Source: Epiperipatus broadwayi
Taxonomy: Eukaryota > Animalia > Onychophora
Reading direction: 5' to 3'
Assembly: GCA_028023455.1 (NCBI GenBank)
Contig: JAQFVV010000007.1
Span: 8,432,001-8,496,000, forward strand
DNA length: 64,000 nucleotides
Shown here: positions 24,891 to 39,215 of the stretch, in pieces
Layout of the letters: each line of letters starts with the position of its first letter
Position numbering within the stretch: position 1 is the first letter of the stretch
The notes under the pieces: model-generated
Databases searched by the model: none
What the model saw: the letters and a program-made list of their open reading frames with translations, nothing else
What the model was told of the DNA's origin: nothing
Translations under genes and position numbers: made by a program

Positions 24891-26059
24891 TGGAGAAGTG
24901 ACAAGGATAATACATGTGTGGTTAATTTAATAATTTTCATCACAAAAACAAACCATTATTGGTGCATTCCCCATCTCAGCATTAAAGTAATGTATCCCAA
25001 GCATAAAAACTCAGATTACCTACTCTCACTACATACATGCATTTTATGACCAATCTCATAAGATGAATTACAGATATCTATCACTTGAATCTCCATGGCA
25101 GTGTTGACATCTTGATTTCCACTACATCATTCTAATGCAAGGCAGAAGCAATTTTTGTACACATAATGTATATTTTAATACTACATAAAAATCAGCATCT
25201 ACTTCATCTACATATATGTAAATATATTATGGGTTCATCTATGTATGGAATTGATTTACATATTCTCCAGAGACTAGTCATTCAGCCACCGTGGATGTGT
25301 TAAAAAAAGTTGTCCAATTCAAATCCACGATTAGGATTGAAAAGTTGGCAATATCTCTGTATATAATGAAATCCAGTGACGCAATAATAAATACTTAACT
25401 CTATCTAAAATTAATGGCCTTCTCAACTTTCATCCCTCATGGAGCCCTTGCAAATGAAAGACAATCTGGCCATATTATTATTAGTGTAGTCTGATCCTTG
25501 TCTCCAGCTTGTCAAACATTTTAAACAAAATTGTTATTTAATATTCATAGTAGCAATATTGGTGAGTGTAAAAAGATTCCATTACATATCGATGTGTAAA
25601 TAAGGGCATACTGAACGTATTATATGAGTTACAAATTTAAGTCCAATAATTTTTCATTTTTTATTTATTTATTTCTTCAAATGAAAGATTACTAAAATCA
25701 CAGATCATGTGTATTTGGTTAAGGGGGTTGCCTTTTAAAGAAATCACAAAATATTAAAAAAAAATAAAGAAATGGGTTCAGATTAATTTTCCTCCAACAT
25801 TATTGCTGATAATGTCTATTTGTAGAGTTCTGCAAATAAGTTGATCTTTAATGTTCTTTCAAATATAGTTATATCATAATAGTAATTATATGTTGGATTA
25901 TTTCCATCATCTTATATATGTCATTAGAATACTCAACCTTTATTTAAACTTTTCAAATACATTTAACTAATAGTAATAACATACAAGTTAGTATACCTCA
26001 ATAGTTCAAGTGATATTATACTCTCTTCTTCATGTGTTGTTGGCACAACTAGTGACACT

Positions 26060-26135
26060 ACTAGCATGGGAATCGAACCTGCATCTTTAGATTCTTGAAT
26101 ATTGAACTTAAGATGCTGTTCTAACCAACAAGTTC
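26060..26135 (-). mobile_element. tRNA-derived SINE head fragment
   Basis: Minus strand has an A-box-like tggttaga and a B-box ggttcgattcc. Similar short heads at ~21030-21110 and ~21900-21950. Confidence 0.5.
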
Positions 26136-27385
26136 ATTTCATATGGTCCTCTGAATTTCTCCATTTTTTCCCTAGGGCCAAGGTTGATGTGGTGTTTACA
26201 AACATTTTTATCACACTAGATTGACTTATGAAATATTTGGCATTGTCATGTGAGTAGGATCATTGAATTTCATTCTTTGTACTTTTTTATATTTGTCCAA
26301 AATTAGATGATGGAAGTGGACCAAGATATAATTAATTACTGCTGAATTCAAATCACCGTAAACTTTCAGACAAACATTAGTTGAATCTTATGTATAAATA
26401 GTTTCCATTAAATTAAGGGTAAATCATTTCAATTTTTTAAAAATACATTTTAAAATGCCTATTATACACTAAATATTCTTGAAACATATGAATAAAACTA
26501 TCTGGAAAAGGTAAATGATTTTGAAGATGCATTTTATGTGAATCCAGCAGTCTTTAGTTACATCAGGATACAATTCTGTATACAAGTCTACATTATTTAT
26601 GCAGTATTTATCAATATTGTGTTTTTACAATACGATTTACAAGCATCAAACTTTTTTCACTTACAACTTTGACACCATAACACTTTAGATAAATGCATTA
26701 ATGATCATTATTAGTCTTTTATTAGACTAGATATTATAGTACCATTCCTAGACCAGATATAATATTCAAACTATTGTCTTTACTAAAAGTTGATTTACAG
26801 GTGTCAAACTTTACTGCACTCTTACAACTTTGACATATTCACTTCAGACAAATAAATTAATGATTATTATTGCTCAATTATATTTAATTAAAATCATATA
26901 TATTAATCTTTAATTCAACCATTGTACTAAACAACACAGAACATCAAAAGCAATGACATCAAACTGCAATTTTGATGACATATTAAACAAATTATGAAAA
27001 AAAAATTACTGTTTAAATACTGCAAGATTCTTCTTTATGTAATGAAATTCAGTATACACTTGATATTTAAATTAATTATATTTAAAATGCAATACTCAAT
27101 AAAGATTATAATTTATTTAATAAAAATATCTAATTCATAAATCAAAACCCAATCTATCACATTGATGCTAAAATATCACGATTCCTAGCACCGAACTGTT
27201 TGCTTATTTAATGGAGAAATCAACATTGATATTGAATAATCAGATGCAGACATCTTATGCTGACAAAGTACAATTGACAGAGATGAAATAGACTTCAGAT
27301 GGGAAGTAAACAGCTAATAATCAGTGCATGATCATAATAATCTTCTTTTTGATGATCAAGCCTAAGTTTGTGTTAGAACACTTAC

Positions 27386-27494
27386 AGACCATCTGCTTCC
27401 CAGAAAGTAAATATTGATTTATCTAAGCCCAAATCATCTCTCTGATGCAAACTGACTGACTTTCCTGAAGGTTTGCGATGATGGTAATTTAATT
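27386..27494 (-). CDS. Candidate internal exon of an unidentified host gene
   Basis: AG acceptor, open frame LNYHHRKPSGKSVSLHQRDDLGLDKSIFTFWEADG, strong GTAAGT donor; the other two frames are closed. Confidence 0.45.
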
Positions 27495-27651
27495 CTATTA
27501 TATATTGGGTTATTTCCATCGTCTATAATAGTCCAATATATAAATAAAACTGACTGATCTCTGTATCTTTTAAACTATTCCATCTTCTTTATATCCTTAA
27601 TCATTTAGGATTATCAGGTTTTCTTTAGTTATATCTGTGGCAATGAAATTA

Positions 27652-28560
27652 TATGAGGGCTAAAAAAAAGTATAGTAAATTATACTCTAGAGCAGTGATT
27701 CTCAACCTGTGAGTCATGACAACTTTGAGGGTCAAACAACCCTTTCATAAGGGTTGCTTAGACCATTGGAAAACATATTTTCAATTCATAATAGTAGCAA
27801 AATTAAAGGTTGAAGGTCACCACAACATAAGGAACTGTATTAAAGGGTCATGACATTAAGAAGGTTGAGAGCCAATGCTCTAGAGTGTCATCCAATAGAA
27901 AGACAAAAAAATTCAATGTGGAAAGTATTGTGCTTTCAAAAGAGTGTGTGGCAGATTTCAATTTGTTTAGTGAAGTCAATTCTAAGCTGTGGTTAATAGA
28001 AGGTATCCTAAATCAGGGATTTTAAACAATGCATTAATATAAAATTTTGTTTCAAATTTCAAAAAAAAATGCTTAAGAATCACATGAAATATTAAATTCA
28101 GTTTTATTGGTTAAGATGATTCACAAGTGGTTCAAGCAATTTCATAATGGTTATGAACTGGTTGAAGATGAAGAAAGATTGAGACATACTTTGATTTCAA
28201 AAAGCTGCAGAAAATGTTGAAAGAGTAAATGAAATGATTTGCTCAAACAGATCATCGACTATTTGGAAAATTTCTGAAGAATCACACCCCTTACAATTTG
28301 GCTTTAAACATTTTAACAACTGTTTTGAAAATGAAAGAGATAGAATTTGTTCTATTATGTTTTGACAGTCAATCACAAACAAGTATTTATTAATTTCATT
28401 GAAAATACACAATTGTGCTGCTTCAAATATCAGATTTTTAAGAAACATCATCACAGGATACTAGAATCTGCAGTTATGGATTCTGAATCTGAGACCCAAA
28501 GAGTTCACAACAGACACCCACATTTCATTGTTTAATTACATTCATAAAAATGCTGTTGAC
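27652..28560 (+). mobile_element. Decayed mariner transposon (TIR and N-terminal half of transposase)
   Basis: TIR-like tatgaggg...aaaaagta. Remnants QCINIKFCFK, HKWFKQFHNGYELVEDEER...ENVERVNEMICSNRSSTIWKISEE (HTH region) and a YDPETK-like ggattctgaatctgagacccaa. Confidence 0.75.
27693..27877. mobile_element. hAT-Charlie MITE of SPIN/URR1 type
   Basis: TIRs cagtgattctcaacct / aggttgagagccaatg; perfect 8-bp TSD CTCTAGAG at 27685-27692 and 27878-27885. Interior collinear with the SPIN MITE consensus as recalled (gaccctttca..., tcataacagtagcaaaatt, ggtcaccacaacatgaggaactgtattaaagggtc). Confidence 0.85.
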
Positions 28561-28639
28561 TTCTATCTTTTCTTATACACAGATATAGATGTGGATTTGA
28601 GTCTCATACATTCTGTTCATCCCCATTTAAAATATAGTA

Positions 28640-31515
28640 TTTCAATCATGGTCCTTATTCCCAGGAGGCTGTGAAGTCACCAACCAAGACAGTGGTTGGT
28701 GGCCAAAGGTGGAGAAGGCTAAGAATCCCCTGATTGTGGACCCAGGCTGCCACTTGATGATAACTTTATTTAGGTACTTACAACTGCAGATCACTTTCAA
28801 GTGAAGGAAAATTGCAAGAATTAGAAGAAGAACTATCTTATATTAAATGGGTCATTATTGGACTTTGTGAAGTTAGAAGAAAAGGTGAAGAAACAATTGA
28901 TTTAAAAAGTGGACATGTACTCTATTATAAAGGCACAAAAATTGAAAATACAAGTGGAGTAGGATTCATTATAAATAGAAAGTGGAAGAATGGTATATCA
29001 GACAGAATGGCAAGATTAGTTATACAACTTAATGACAGATACCAAATGCAGATAATTCAGGTTTATGCTCCAACAAATTCCCATAGTGATGAAGTAGTAG
29101 AAGATTTTTTATATGGATGTACAAAAGGCTTTTGATCTGAGTAAACAACATTTTAAAATTGTTATGGGAGACTTTAATGCTAGAATTGGTAATCAAATAA
29201 AAGATGAACATGCTATAGGTAATTTTGGTTATGGTAATAGATATAAGAGAGGACATAGACTTGTGGACTTTGCAGAAAAAGAAAAACTTTATATTATGAA
29301 GTCTTTTTTTGAGAAAAATTTTAAAAGGAAATAAGAAGCAGCCAAATGAAGGTACAGCAGAATTGGATTATATTTTGACTAACAGAAAATACATATTTCA
29401 AAATTGTAATGTTCTTAATAAACTTAACACAGGAAGTGATTATCAATTAGTAAGATGTAAGATACATGTTAATGCAAAACTAGAGAGACAAAAATTATTA
29501 AGAAAAACAATATTTACAGTTGATATTCCTAATCTTCAGAAACATTCTAATGAATTTAAATTGCAACTTACAAATCGGTTTCAAGTATTACTAGATTTTG
29601 AACATGATTCAGATTTGAATGAAATTAATCTAAAAATAACTGATACACTTTTAAAAACTGCAACAAAGATAGCTGGTAAAAAAGAGAAGCAATTGACCAA
29701 TAATATTTCTACTGAATCTAGAGGAATATGAAGATATGTAAAAATGATGCATTAAAAAGGAATGAATATCTCGAATTTTGTAAAATGGTGCAGAAAAGAA
29801 TTGAAAATGACATTAGAAAATATAACTGTGAACTAGCAAGGAAAGCTGTAGAAGAAAATAAGACTGAAGAATGTAAAGCAACATTTTGGTATTGATAGGA
29901 AATGTATATCTGCAATAAGAAAAAAGATGGAATTATTACTAAAAAGAGAGATGACATCATGAAATGGGTAGAAGACTTTTATCAAGAATTATATAGTAAT
30001 AAAGAACAAGTACCTCCTATATCTATTACATCTTCCAAATTACCCAGCATTTTAAATGAAGAAGTGAGATATGCAATTAAATGTATGAAGAAAGGAAAGG
30101 CTCCAGGTAATGATGGAATTATAATTGATATATTAAAAGAAGCAGGTGAAGAAATAGAATTTTTTTTAGCAAAGTTATATACCAAATGTCTAAATGATAA
30201 AAATGTACCAGATGATTGGAAGAATGCAGTAATAATATTAATATATAAAAAAGGTGATAAAGAAGATATTAAAAATTACAGACTATCAGCCTTTTATCAG
30301 TTTTATACAAAATTTTTACCAAGATAATTACAACTTGTCTACAGAGAACATTGGATTTCCACCAACCAAGAGAACAAGCAGGATTTAAAAGTGGTTTTAG
30401 TACAGTAGATCATATCCAGATACTGAGACAAGTTATAGAAAGGACAAATGAATATGAGTTGCCATTATGTTTTGGATTTGTAGATTATGAAAAGGTATTT
30501 GATTCTATAAACATTTTTTTAGTGATTAAAGGTATAGATCCAGGATATTGTCATATTTTAAAGAATATTTATAAAAATGCAACAGCAACAATTAGATTAC
30601 ATAATGATACTGGGAAAGTCAACATTGAGAAGGTGTAAGACAAGGTGACTCCATATCTCCAAAACTTTTTACAGCAGTGCTGCAAGAAGTATTTTGTAGA
30701 TTAAAATGGGAAACTAGAGTGAAAGTAAATGAGATTATTTAAGTCATTTATATTTTGCAGATGATGTAGTTGTTTTTGAAAATAATGCTTCAGAGTTGCA
30801 GGAAATGTTGCAGGAATTATAAGATGAAAGTAGGAAAGTAGGACTAAAGATAAATGTTAAAAAGTCTAAAGTAATGTTTAATCGATTTGCTCAAAATATG
30901 AAAATAAAGATTGATTATGACGAATTAGAAGAAGTTAACAATTACAAATACTTTGGTTAGATTATTAATACAGATGGAAACATAATGGACGAAATTAATC
31001 ATAGAATTAAACTTGGTTGGAGTGCTTTTGGTAGAATAATTTGATACTAAAAGGAAATATGCCTATGTGTTTGAAAAGGAAGGTTTTTAGCAAATGTGTT
31101 TTACCAGTTCTTACTTATGGATCTGAGACCTTGGACACTTAATAGAAGAGCAATACAGAGACTTCAGACCACTCAAAGAAGTATGGAGAGATGCATGCTG
31201 GGAGTAACAAGAAGAGATCGAAAATGCAATGTATGGGTAAGAGAACAAACAGGTGTTATTGACCTCATTAAAAAAATTAAAAGATTGAAATGGAGTTGGG
31301 CTGGACATATTGCTAGAAGATATGAAAATAGATGGACAATTGAATTCTTAAACTGGATTCCCAAGGGATTGTAAAAGACCCAGAAAGAGGACCACATGTG
31401 AGGATGGATGATGTGGAGAAGAGAAGCTAAAGATCGGAGAAGAAGGATTGAACTTGGAAGGAGCTTCATCCTGCAGTGGATTGATAATGGTTGTTGATGA
31501 TGATGATGATTTTGA
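28640..31515 (+). mobile_element. Near full-length RTE-clade LINE, inactivated (APE endonuclease + RT)
   Basis: GTYNCRSL, IIGLCEVRR, IQVYAPT and VMGDFNARIG (APE); KGKAPGNDGI, NYRL, EQAGFKSGFSTVDHI, FVDYEKVFDS, RQGDSISPKLF and FADD (RT); WSWAGHIAR; (GAT)n tail. Many stops and frameshifts. Confidence 0.95.
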
Positions 31516-31599
31516 AGATTGTTGATCATATGAAAGGGCTTTGAGCACTGATATTCCATTTAATGAAAATCAATGTCGTTTTTTGTTTAAGATCTCACA

Positions 31600-32870
31600 T
31601 CTCTTTCCATATGCTTATAAAATTGATATCAACTTTCGTAAAAGTAAAATTTGAATTTGGTATATGTTTCTATTTAATAACTACATAATGCCAAAAATAT
31701 AACGCTAATATTTTTGATAAGTGTTCCCATTATTTTGTTTAAACTTTATATGAGAGAGGGGAAGGTAGAGAACTGCGAGTCATTTTTATAAGTAATATAA
31801 AGAGGTTAAAGATATGTTTACATATTTTTAAGTGCTTGTACACTCTGATAAATATACTTTTATAACTATTACAAATTATATTAGAATATTCTCTAAGTAG
31901 CTAACTAAAAACCAAAAATTTATTCTAATAAATAATTCAGAGAAATGGAATACTTTATTTTTTTTGCAATGATGAATTTACTTTTCAATTAAAAGTATAT
32001 ACATATTTTTATAAAAGTTAATACATAATTTATTTATCAGTAGCTAAAAATAAACATTAAAAAATATGTAATGTGATTTGCTAAATAATCGAATGCAATA
32101 GTAATATGAGATCGGAGAATAATATTTTCATTAAAAAAATGAAATTAACTTGGAATTCTTGAAACAGCAGAATGATAAATAGAATATATCAGTGATTAAA
32201 AAATAAAATTTAATTTTAATAAGCATAAAAGAAATTCATTATTAACATTATTAATGTTAAAGAAATACAGCTTAAAAATTGACATTATCTATATATAATA
32301 CGCAAATTTATTTTATTAATGCTTAACATGCACCTATACGCAACCATGACTTCTCAATAAAGACAAGCGATTCTCACAGTTAACATGAATACGTTTTATG
32401 TCTTTTTATGATCACGCATGAAGTATCGTAATAAAAACTCTCACCGTTTCAGAAAGCAGAAGATTTTAAAATAAACCATTTCACAGTGCAGAAGCTTAAA
32501 AATAGTCAAATAGTTTTAAATTAAAAACAGTCATTTGATCATAATCATAAATCGCTATGTTTAATTGATCTTCCATAGCATCTACATTTTTTTAAAAAAA
32601 AATTATATTTACAACTTAATCATAAAAATATAAGTTGTCAAAAGAAAAAAAAAAGACAACAGGAATATAGATATTGCTTGTGATATTAGATTTTTCTTTA
32701 TAGTAATTAAAATGCATTTTTGCGATTACAATAGAACATCAGCACATATGCAAAAAGGAAATTATGTATTTGTAGCTTAAACGTGAAGTTAAAAACTATC
32801 AAGTGTGAATAAAATGCAAATGTTGCTTAACATTTTAATTAAAGTAAAATAACTAAACGAAACTACTGAA
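31600..32870. promoter_or_regulatory. CpG-retaining region, possible promoter
   Basis: More than a dozen CpGs here versus near absence in the flanking 33-38 kb; no TE motif recognised. Confidence 0.3.
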
Positions 32871-33021
32871 GTTGGTACTTATGCATTAGACCTACTGTAT
32901 CTTTCTCCAGTGGTGGACAGATGATGTTTGCAATGGCACAATGGTGCAGAAGTAACTTTTTACTACATTTTTAAAAGCTGTGACATTTTAATATGCCATA
33001 TTAAAAAAGCCTCAACTACAG

Positions 33022-33109
33022 CATTCTGCTGTCACAAACTCTCAACCCCCCTCAACTGAAGAAAGGTACAGCATTTTGCCATCACAAACATGGGCAGGAG
33101 ATCTAATAA
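33022..33109 (+). CDS. Candidate internal exon, unidentified
   Basis: cag acceptor, open frame HSAVTNSQPPSTEERYSILPSQTWAGDLI, GTAAGT donor; phase-compatible with 37999-38097. Confidence 0.3.
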
Positions 33110-36100
33110 GTAAGTATCCTAAAATTTAAATTTCAAATTGTAAAAATTCAAATAAAAACATATTATGAACCCAAATTTTACATACTGTGGATAGTTTATC
33201 CAGAAGAAATAAATTTTAGACTTCTGAGGGATTACATTACAAAACAAATTTTTGAATGTTCTAAAGCTAAATAAATATTTCCTGTTTTAAAATGATTACC
33301 ACAATAAAAACAAATAATTTACGAGTGCTAACTCAGCATGAAATGCATTTTGGAGGTCTTTTGCTTGTTTCAATGTCTTTATTAAAGTGTTTCAAGAATA
33401 TATGGAGGTGTAGAGATTATTAAGAACATCTATAATAGATATTACACATGGAAAATGAGAAATAAAGTTGAATTACTCCATGAGTGCATGTGTTTAATTA
33501 AATATATATATTAATCTTTAACTAAAGTTTAAAGTTTATATCTATGGTAGAAATAATCTCTAGTTTAATAAATGATTAATGATAGTCATTACTGTATTTA
33601 TCTAGAATCTATTGTGTCAAAGTTGTGGGTAAAGTATGTTTGACATTTGTAAATAAAAATAAAAATAAATAAATAAATAAATACAACCTATAATTAACTT
33701 ATAAAAACAAAAATACTAAAAAAATATTGGCAACTATTTATTAATTTTATTTGAAAATTTAATAAAAAGATATTCATATTGCTTTTAAAAAATGATTATC
33801 ATTGAAGTATACAGTACTCTATTTTTAAGTGTGAAGGTGCAAATATATTTTTTGGATATACTTGAAATTTTCAATTCATTATAAATTCTTGAAACATATA
33901 AATAAAGACATCTCAAAAAGACAAATGACTATTAAGATGCACTTTATTGTGAATTAGTGCTGTTCAATTAGTTTATATTACAATTTCTCACTGTCTTTAC
34001 CATATGTGCAATATTTATCAATATTACTTCATTATAATTTAAGAATTTCAATTGTTATGTACTCACAACTTTGACCCCAGACCATGCCAGTTCAATACAC
34101 TGATTATTACCATTTATTTATTAAGCTAAAGATTATGATGCCATTTTAAATCCAGATATAAACTTTAAACCCAGTTAATGAGTAATATGACTGTTTTTAA
34201 ATAAACATAATCACATGGGATAATGCAACTTCAAATTCCATGTGTAAGATCACTTTTTTAATAGAAATCAAAATGTCCAATAGACATCTGAAAAAGGTAG
34301 ATAATTTCCAAAATTCATTTCATGATGAACATGTGCTCTCCAGTTGGAATATATCACAATCTTTTACAAATGTCTTCACCATTTATTTAATACTTGTCAA
34401 TATTAAATTATTTTAATTTGATTTACAAGTTTCAAACTTATAGCATGTACAACTTTGACATCATCATTTTCAGATTAACCCAACAATGATTATTATTAAT
34501 CATTAAATTAGATTAGAGATTATCATATCATTCCTAGACCAGATATCTATTTACCCAAATAGAGACAGTGGGCTCAATGTGACATACATCAAACTGTTAT
34601 TTGTCTTATTTTATGTCTTTAATCATATATTCCAAGAATATGTGGCATTAAAATAGAAATTTTGAGTATACTTTTTTAAAGAAGCTAGCTATCCATAAAT
34701 GAGTATGGCTATTCTAACAGCAGCAGAAGAAGAAAAGATGAAATAGAAATGAACAGAGAGTTAAAGATGATGTGATAATACGTTGGACTATTTCCATCCT
34801 CTATCATTAAATGTTGAACATTAAACTTTTTCAAATACAATGACTATTAACAATAACACACAGACAACACAGATTAGTAAATTACATAATGTTTTGAGTA
34901 GTATTATTTTCTACTACTCCTTGGGTGTAACTAACCTGTATAGTCTATGTGTGTGTGGCTACTAACAGTTGTTTGTATTTGAGCAATTTAAATAAAGTTT
35001 AAAATTTTCTAGCAGTTTAATGCTTAATGATAGATGATGAATATTATCATATAATAATATACTATCATCAAAAACATTCAGGCAAAGTTAAAGATGAGTC
35101 TTTGTGATATCTATGAAAACCAACTCATGAACCACAAATATGTCACCAATATTACACACTGAATCAACAAATACTTAATAACTTTCAATGCTGTCCCTAC
35201 ATTCTCCAAAATAAACTTTTATCCTTTGTTTATATATTATGCATTAAAATGTCTCTATTTAAATGAGCTATGCAAAAGAAAAGCAGAAAATAGTTACAAT
35301 CAAATGTTAATGTTTGGTCATCATCACAAACAATTGCCATGTATACACATTAACCATATTTTTTTCAGTATTCTGATATTTGCTTAATTTTGATTCTATT
35401 TTAAAGTTTTAAATCTACCTCTAGGTACGCTTTCTAGGAAAAATACAAAAGTATTTAAAACTGAAGAAATCAAAAAGAAGCCTATTTTTACTTTTAAGAG
35501 TCATTTGCTGCTTTCTAATTTGCATGATATAGCCCATAAAGACAATTTAAAGCTTAAAAGTATTTTTGTATCATGCATTAATTCAAAAATTTATTTACTT
35601 AATAAAGAAACAATATAGATGTTAATGTTATTTATCAGACTGCAATATAGATGTTAATATGATTTATCTACTGAAACATTTTTCCTCTCAAAACTATTAA
35701 ACAAAAGCTATTTATAAGCCTACAATAAAAAACACTGGAATATTAATTGCTAAGGTTATTTATTTCTGCAAATGGTATTTTAAAATTGACACACAGGTGC
35801 GAATGTTATTTACCTATTACAACATTTTTTCTTCTCATAAATATTAAATGATTAATTATTTTAAAGCTGAATACAACCATCAAAAATGTGCACAAGATAT
35901 AAACTACTCACAGATTTTTTTTTTTACTATGTACATAGTAGCAATACAAAAAAAAAAAAAAAATGGATTATTTAGTGAGGCAGAACTTAGCCTCCCTTTT
36001 TTTCTCTCAACTGGTCATCAATTCCAATATATAAATTTTCAAAATAATTTTTTGCTTATAAATCTTATTCTATTTTATGAACTATATTTTCCCCATATCT

Positions 36101-36738
36101 ATATATAATCTTTTCCACCTATGTTTCAACAATCTCCTATGGTCATTTTCATGGTTTATTCCTAAAAATATATAGAGATCTATATTGATAATTTATATTA
36201 TGTTTACAAAATTCATAGGAATACTAATATATACTGAATTTTCTCATATACAATTTAATTTCCTTTTTTTAATTTTCTTTACATTAAATATTTTTTTAAT
36301 ACGTATAGATTTTAATTTTTTAAAAAGTTTTTTTAAATAAAAAAAATAAAAGTAAAGAATATAGAAACCTGGAATATATACAAATGAAAAAGGAACTTAA
36401 AGTATTATGAAGATAATTAGCAAAAATTAAATCTAATTATGTATATATATAAGAATGATTTTGGTTTCATAAAATATAATGGACATTCATTCATATAATT
36501 TTTATGTTATTGTTATTATGGATTTTTGTAAGTATGTTATAAGTTATCAATATAGATCTGTACATATTTATAAAAGAAAATCTTAAAAAGAATCATTGGA
36601 GAACAAAATGTAGATGAAGATATAGGATAAAATATTATATATACGGACAAGCAAAAGAAATGGTTCATAAAATAAGATTTATTAAAAAAAAATTATATTG
36701 AGAATGTATATATAAAATGGAAAATTCCAGCCTTCCTC

Positions 36739-36739
<1 letters not shown>

Positions 36740-36812
<73 letters not shown>
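36740..36812. repeat. Compound microsatellite (GAT)n(AAT)n
   Basis: Directly visible. Confidence 0.95.
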
Positions 36813-36813
<1 letters not shown>

Positions 36814-37998
36814 TAAATGACGATTCCATATTACCCTAAACATCACTTAAATAAAAACATAAATAATCTTTTAAAAATCTTAGAAAAATTTCTTATCAAA
36901 TAATTGCTATTTTTTAAAAAAACAATCCCTAGATTGATGATTATAGCATTCAAAAGAATTATATTAGCAATAGCCAAAACATCCCAAACTGATAAACCCA
37001 GAGTGAGAGAAAACCACACAAAAAAAGGAAAACACTATTATTGGACTGAGATGTCCAATAAATTTTAATGTAGTAATTAAAGACACCAAAAAATTGATTA
37101 TAAATAAAATGTATTTACTTTTTGCATAATTATCCTGTATGTAGTCCAAAGAATTGAATCTATAATGTCTGCTATCAATGGCTAGCATCTGTTTTTAATT
37201 TTTAGAGATAGGGGTTTTTATTAAAAAATGATTTTATGTGAATTATTAGTCCTAAATGCAATGCATAGATGTCAGAAGCTACTGAAAATAAATAAAATGC
37301 TCTGACATGAAAAAATATTTTAGCCAATAGAAATGTAAAAAGCTGTAAAATCATATTGAGCAGAATTGAAAGAATATTGACATTTGTGCTGCATCCTTTT
37401 GTTTATAATGTACAAATGAAATAATATTTTTTTAATTCTATTTTTTTATTATTTATTTTTATAACATTGTTAAATTTTCATTTTTAAATATGTATGCATC
37501 ATTTATATTTATAGTTTATTAAATTTTTGTAACTCTTCAGTTTAGAGATAAAAGAACATAAAAACATTTGTGAAAATCTGTCATAACCATTCTCCAATAT
37601 TTTACTGATTTTGTTTTATAAATTCAATTTTAATTTTTTAAAGAGTTTTATTATATGAAGGTATGTATGCTTTAGCAAGGTACATAAGAAAAATATTAGA
37701 TTTTAGCATAATCATTATTTATTAATTTCTAACATTTTTATATGTTATTCACAATTTTTTTTTTTTATTTCTGCTTATTATTAGTTTTTTTTTTTTGTTT
37801 ACAAAATTAATATGTTATTTTTAGACTAATTTCACTCAATCAATTCATGAGTCCAACAAAACTATATGAGAATTGGAGAGTCAAAAAAAGTTATATCCAT
37901 TTCAACAATACATCCAAGAAAAAATCTGAAAAATTAATATGACGAAAAGTTTTGATAATAAAGACAAATAGAAAATAACTAGTTTTATGCATCTGCAG

Positions 37999-38097
37999 AA
38001 ATATATCTGCTGCACACCAAAGCTAAAAACCTCTATGACCATGTGATCAATAATATTATATTTTTGTGTTATTGTTTCAAGCAGAATGACAAACAAT
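37999..38097 (+). CDS. Candidate internal exon, unidentified
   Basis: tgcag acceptor, open frame IYLLHTKAKNLYDHVINNIIFLCYCFKQNDKQ, GTAAGT donor, phase 1-1. Confidence 0.3.
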
Positions 38098-38969
38098 GTA
38101 AGTTTTCACTGCTGACAAAATGTCAATAACTCCAAAATTTAGTTCACAACTAAAATTCTCAAAAGAACTAGAGATGAGCTAACATAATTAGTTAGAGAGC
38201 AAATGTATTTGATTCAAACCTGATGCCAATGATGTGAACAGAAAAATTGGAATGGCCATTATGTAAACAGTGTGACTACCAAAAGAAGATTAATAGCTAA
38301 AAAGTAATTTTATATCTCTTGGCAGTGTCACTTAGCTTCTCTCAATTAAGTATGCTTTGAATAAGTATGAAGTAAAATGTGTGGATGCTAGCATGTGCAA
38401 TTAAATATCAGACAGTGAAGTGATTGTGAAGTGGAATTACTATATACAAGCTCAATTTTAAAAAAAAGGATAATAAAAATATAAAAGATCATGACATATC
38501 AATAAATAGGAAAGATAATATATTAGGTATTATATAACAATTTGTTAGATGCAGGTCAAAAAATAAACTGTAAAAAAATATTAAAATATCATAAATGTAA
38601 TTAAAAGTATTACAAAACATTATATATTCAAAAAAACATGGGTAAATGCATCAACATAGTTAGAGTCATACATAATTGGTTCCCAATGAGATCATTATTA
38701 AATAATAATTGAAAATTAGATATAATAATTGAGATTAAAGTTAAAAGATACATGAGATTATCATCATCATTTTAATCACTATGGTCTACTGTAGAATAAT
38801 GGACTCTCTAAGTTTGATTTTTCTAATCCTAAAGCTCTTTCCTCCACAAAACACCCACAATTTCCTTATTTCATCCTTTTATCTGCCTCACATGTAATAT
38901 ATATATATATATTGTGTGTGTGTGTGTACTTACTGCTTGATATCATTTACACACACATTCATTCTCTTC

Positions 38970-39215
38970 ACATCATTGAAAAAATTAAAAGTCTGAAGTA
39001 GAGTTGGGCTGGACATATTGCGAGAAGAAATGATAATAGATGGATAATTGAAATCTTAAACTAGATTCCAAGAGATTGTAAAAGACCCAGAAAGAAATCA
39101 CATGTGAGATGGATGGGTGAAATAAAAAAGTGTGTAAGGGTGATGTGGAGAAGATAAGCTAAAGATCGGAGATAGATTGGACTTGGAGAGACCTTCATCC
39201 TGCAGTGAATGACTG
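38970..39215 (+). mobile_element. RTE 3' fragment
   Basis: SWAGHIARRNDNRW remnant and the catcctgcagtg end, homologous to 31270-31480. Confidence 0.8.

Noticed and set aside
29718-31559. Several minus-strand ORFs of 65-128 aa
   Set aside because: Antisense shadows of the RTE coding region and its microsatellite tail.
36964-37188. 74-aa hydrophobic minus-strand ORF resembling a membrane-protein last exon
   Set aside because: Ile/Phe/Leu richness is expected from T-rich DNA; no family motif; weak acceptor.
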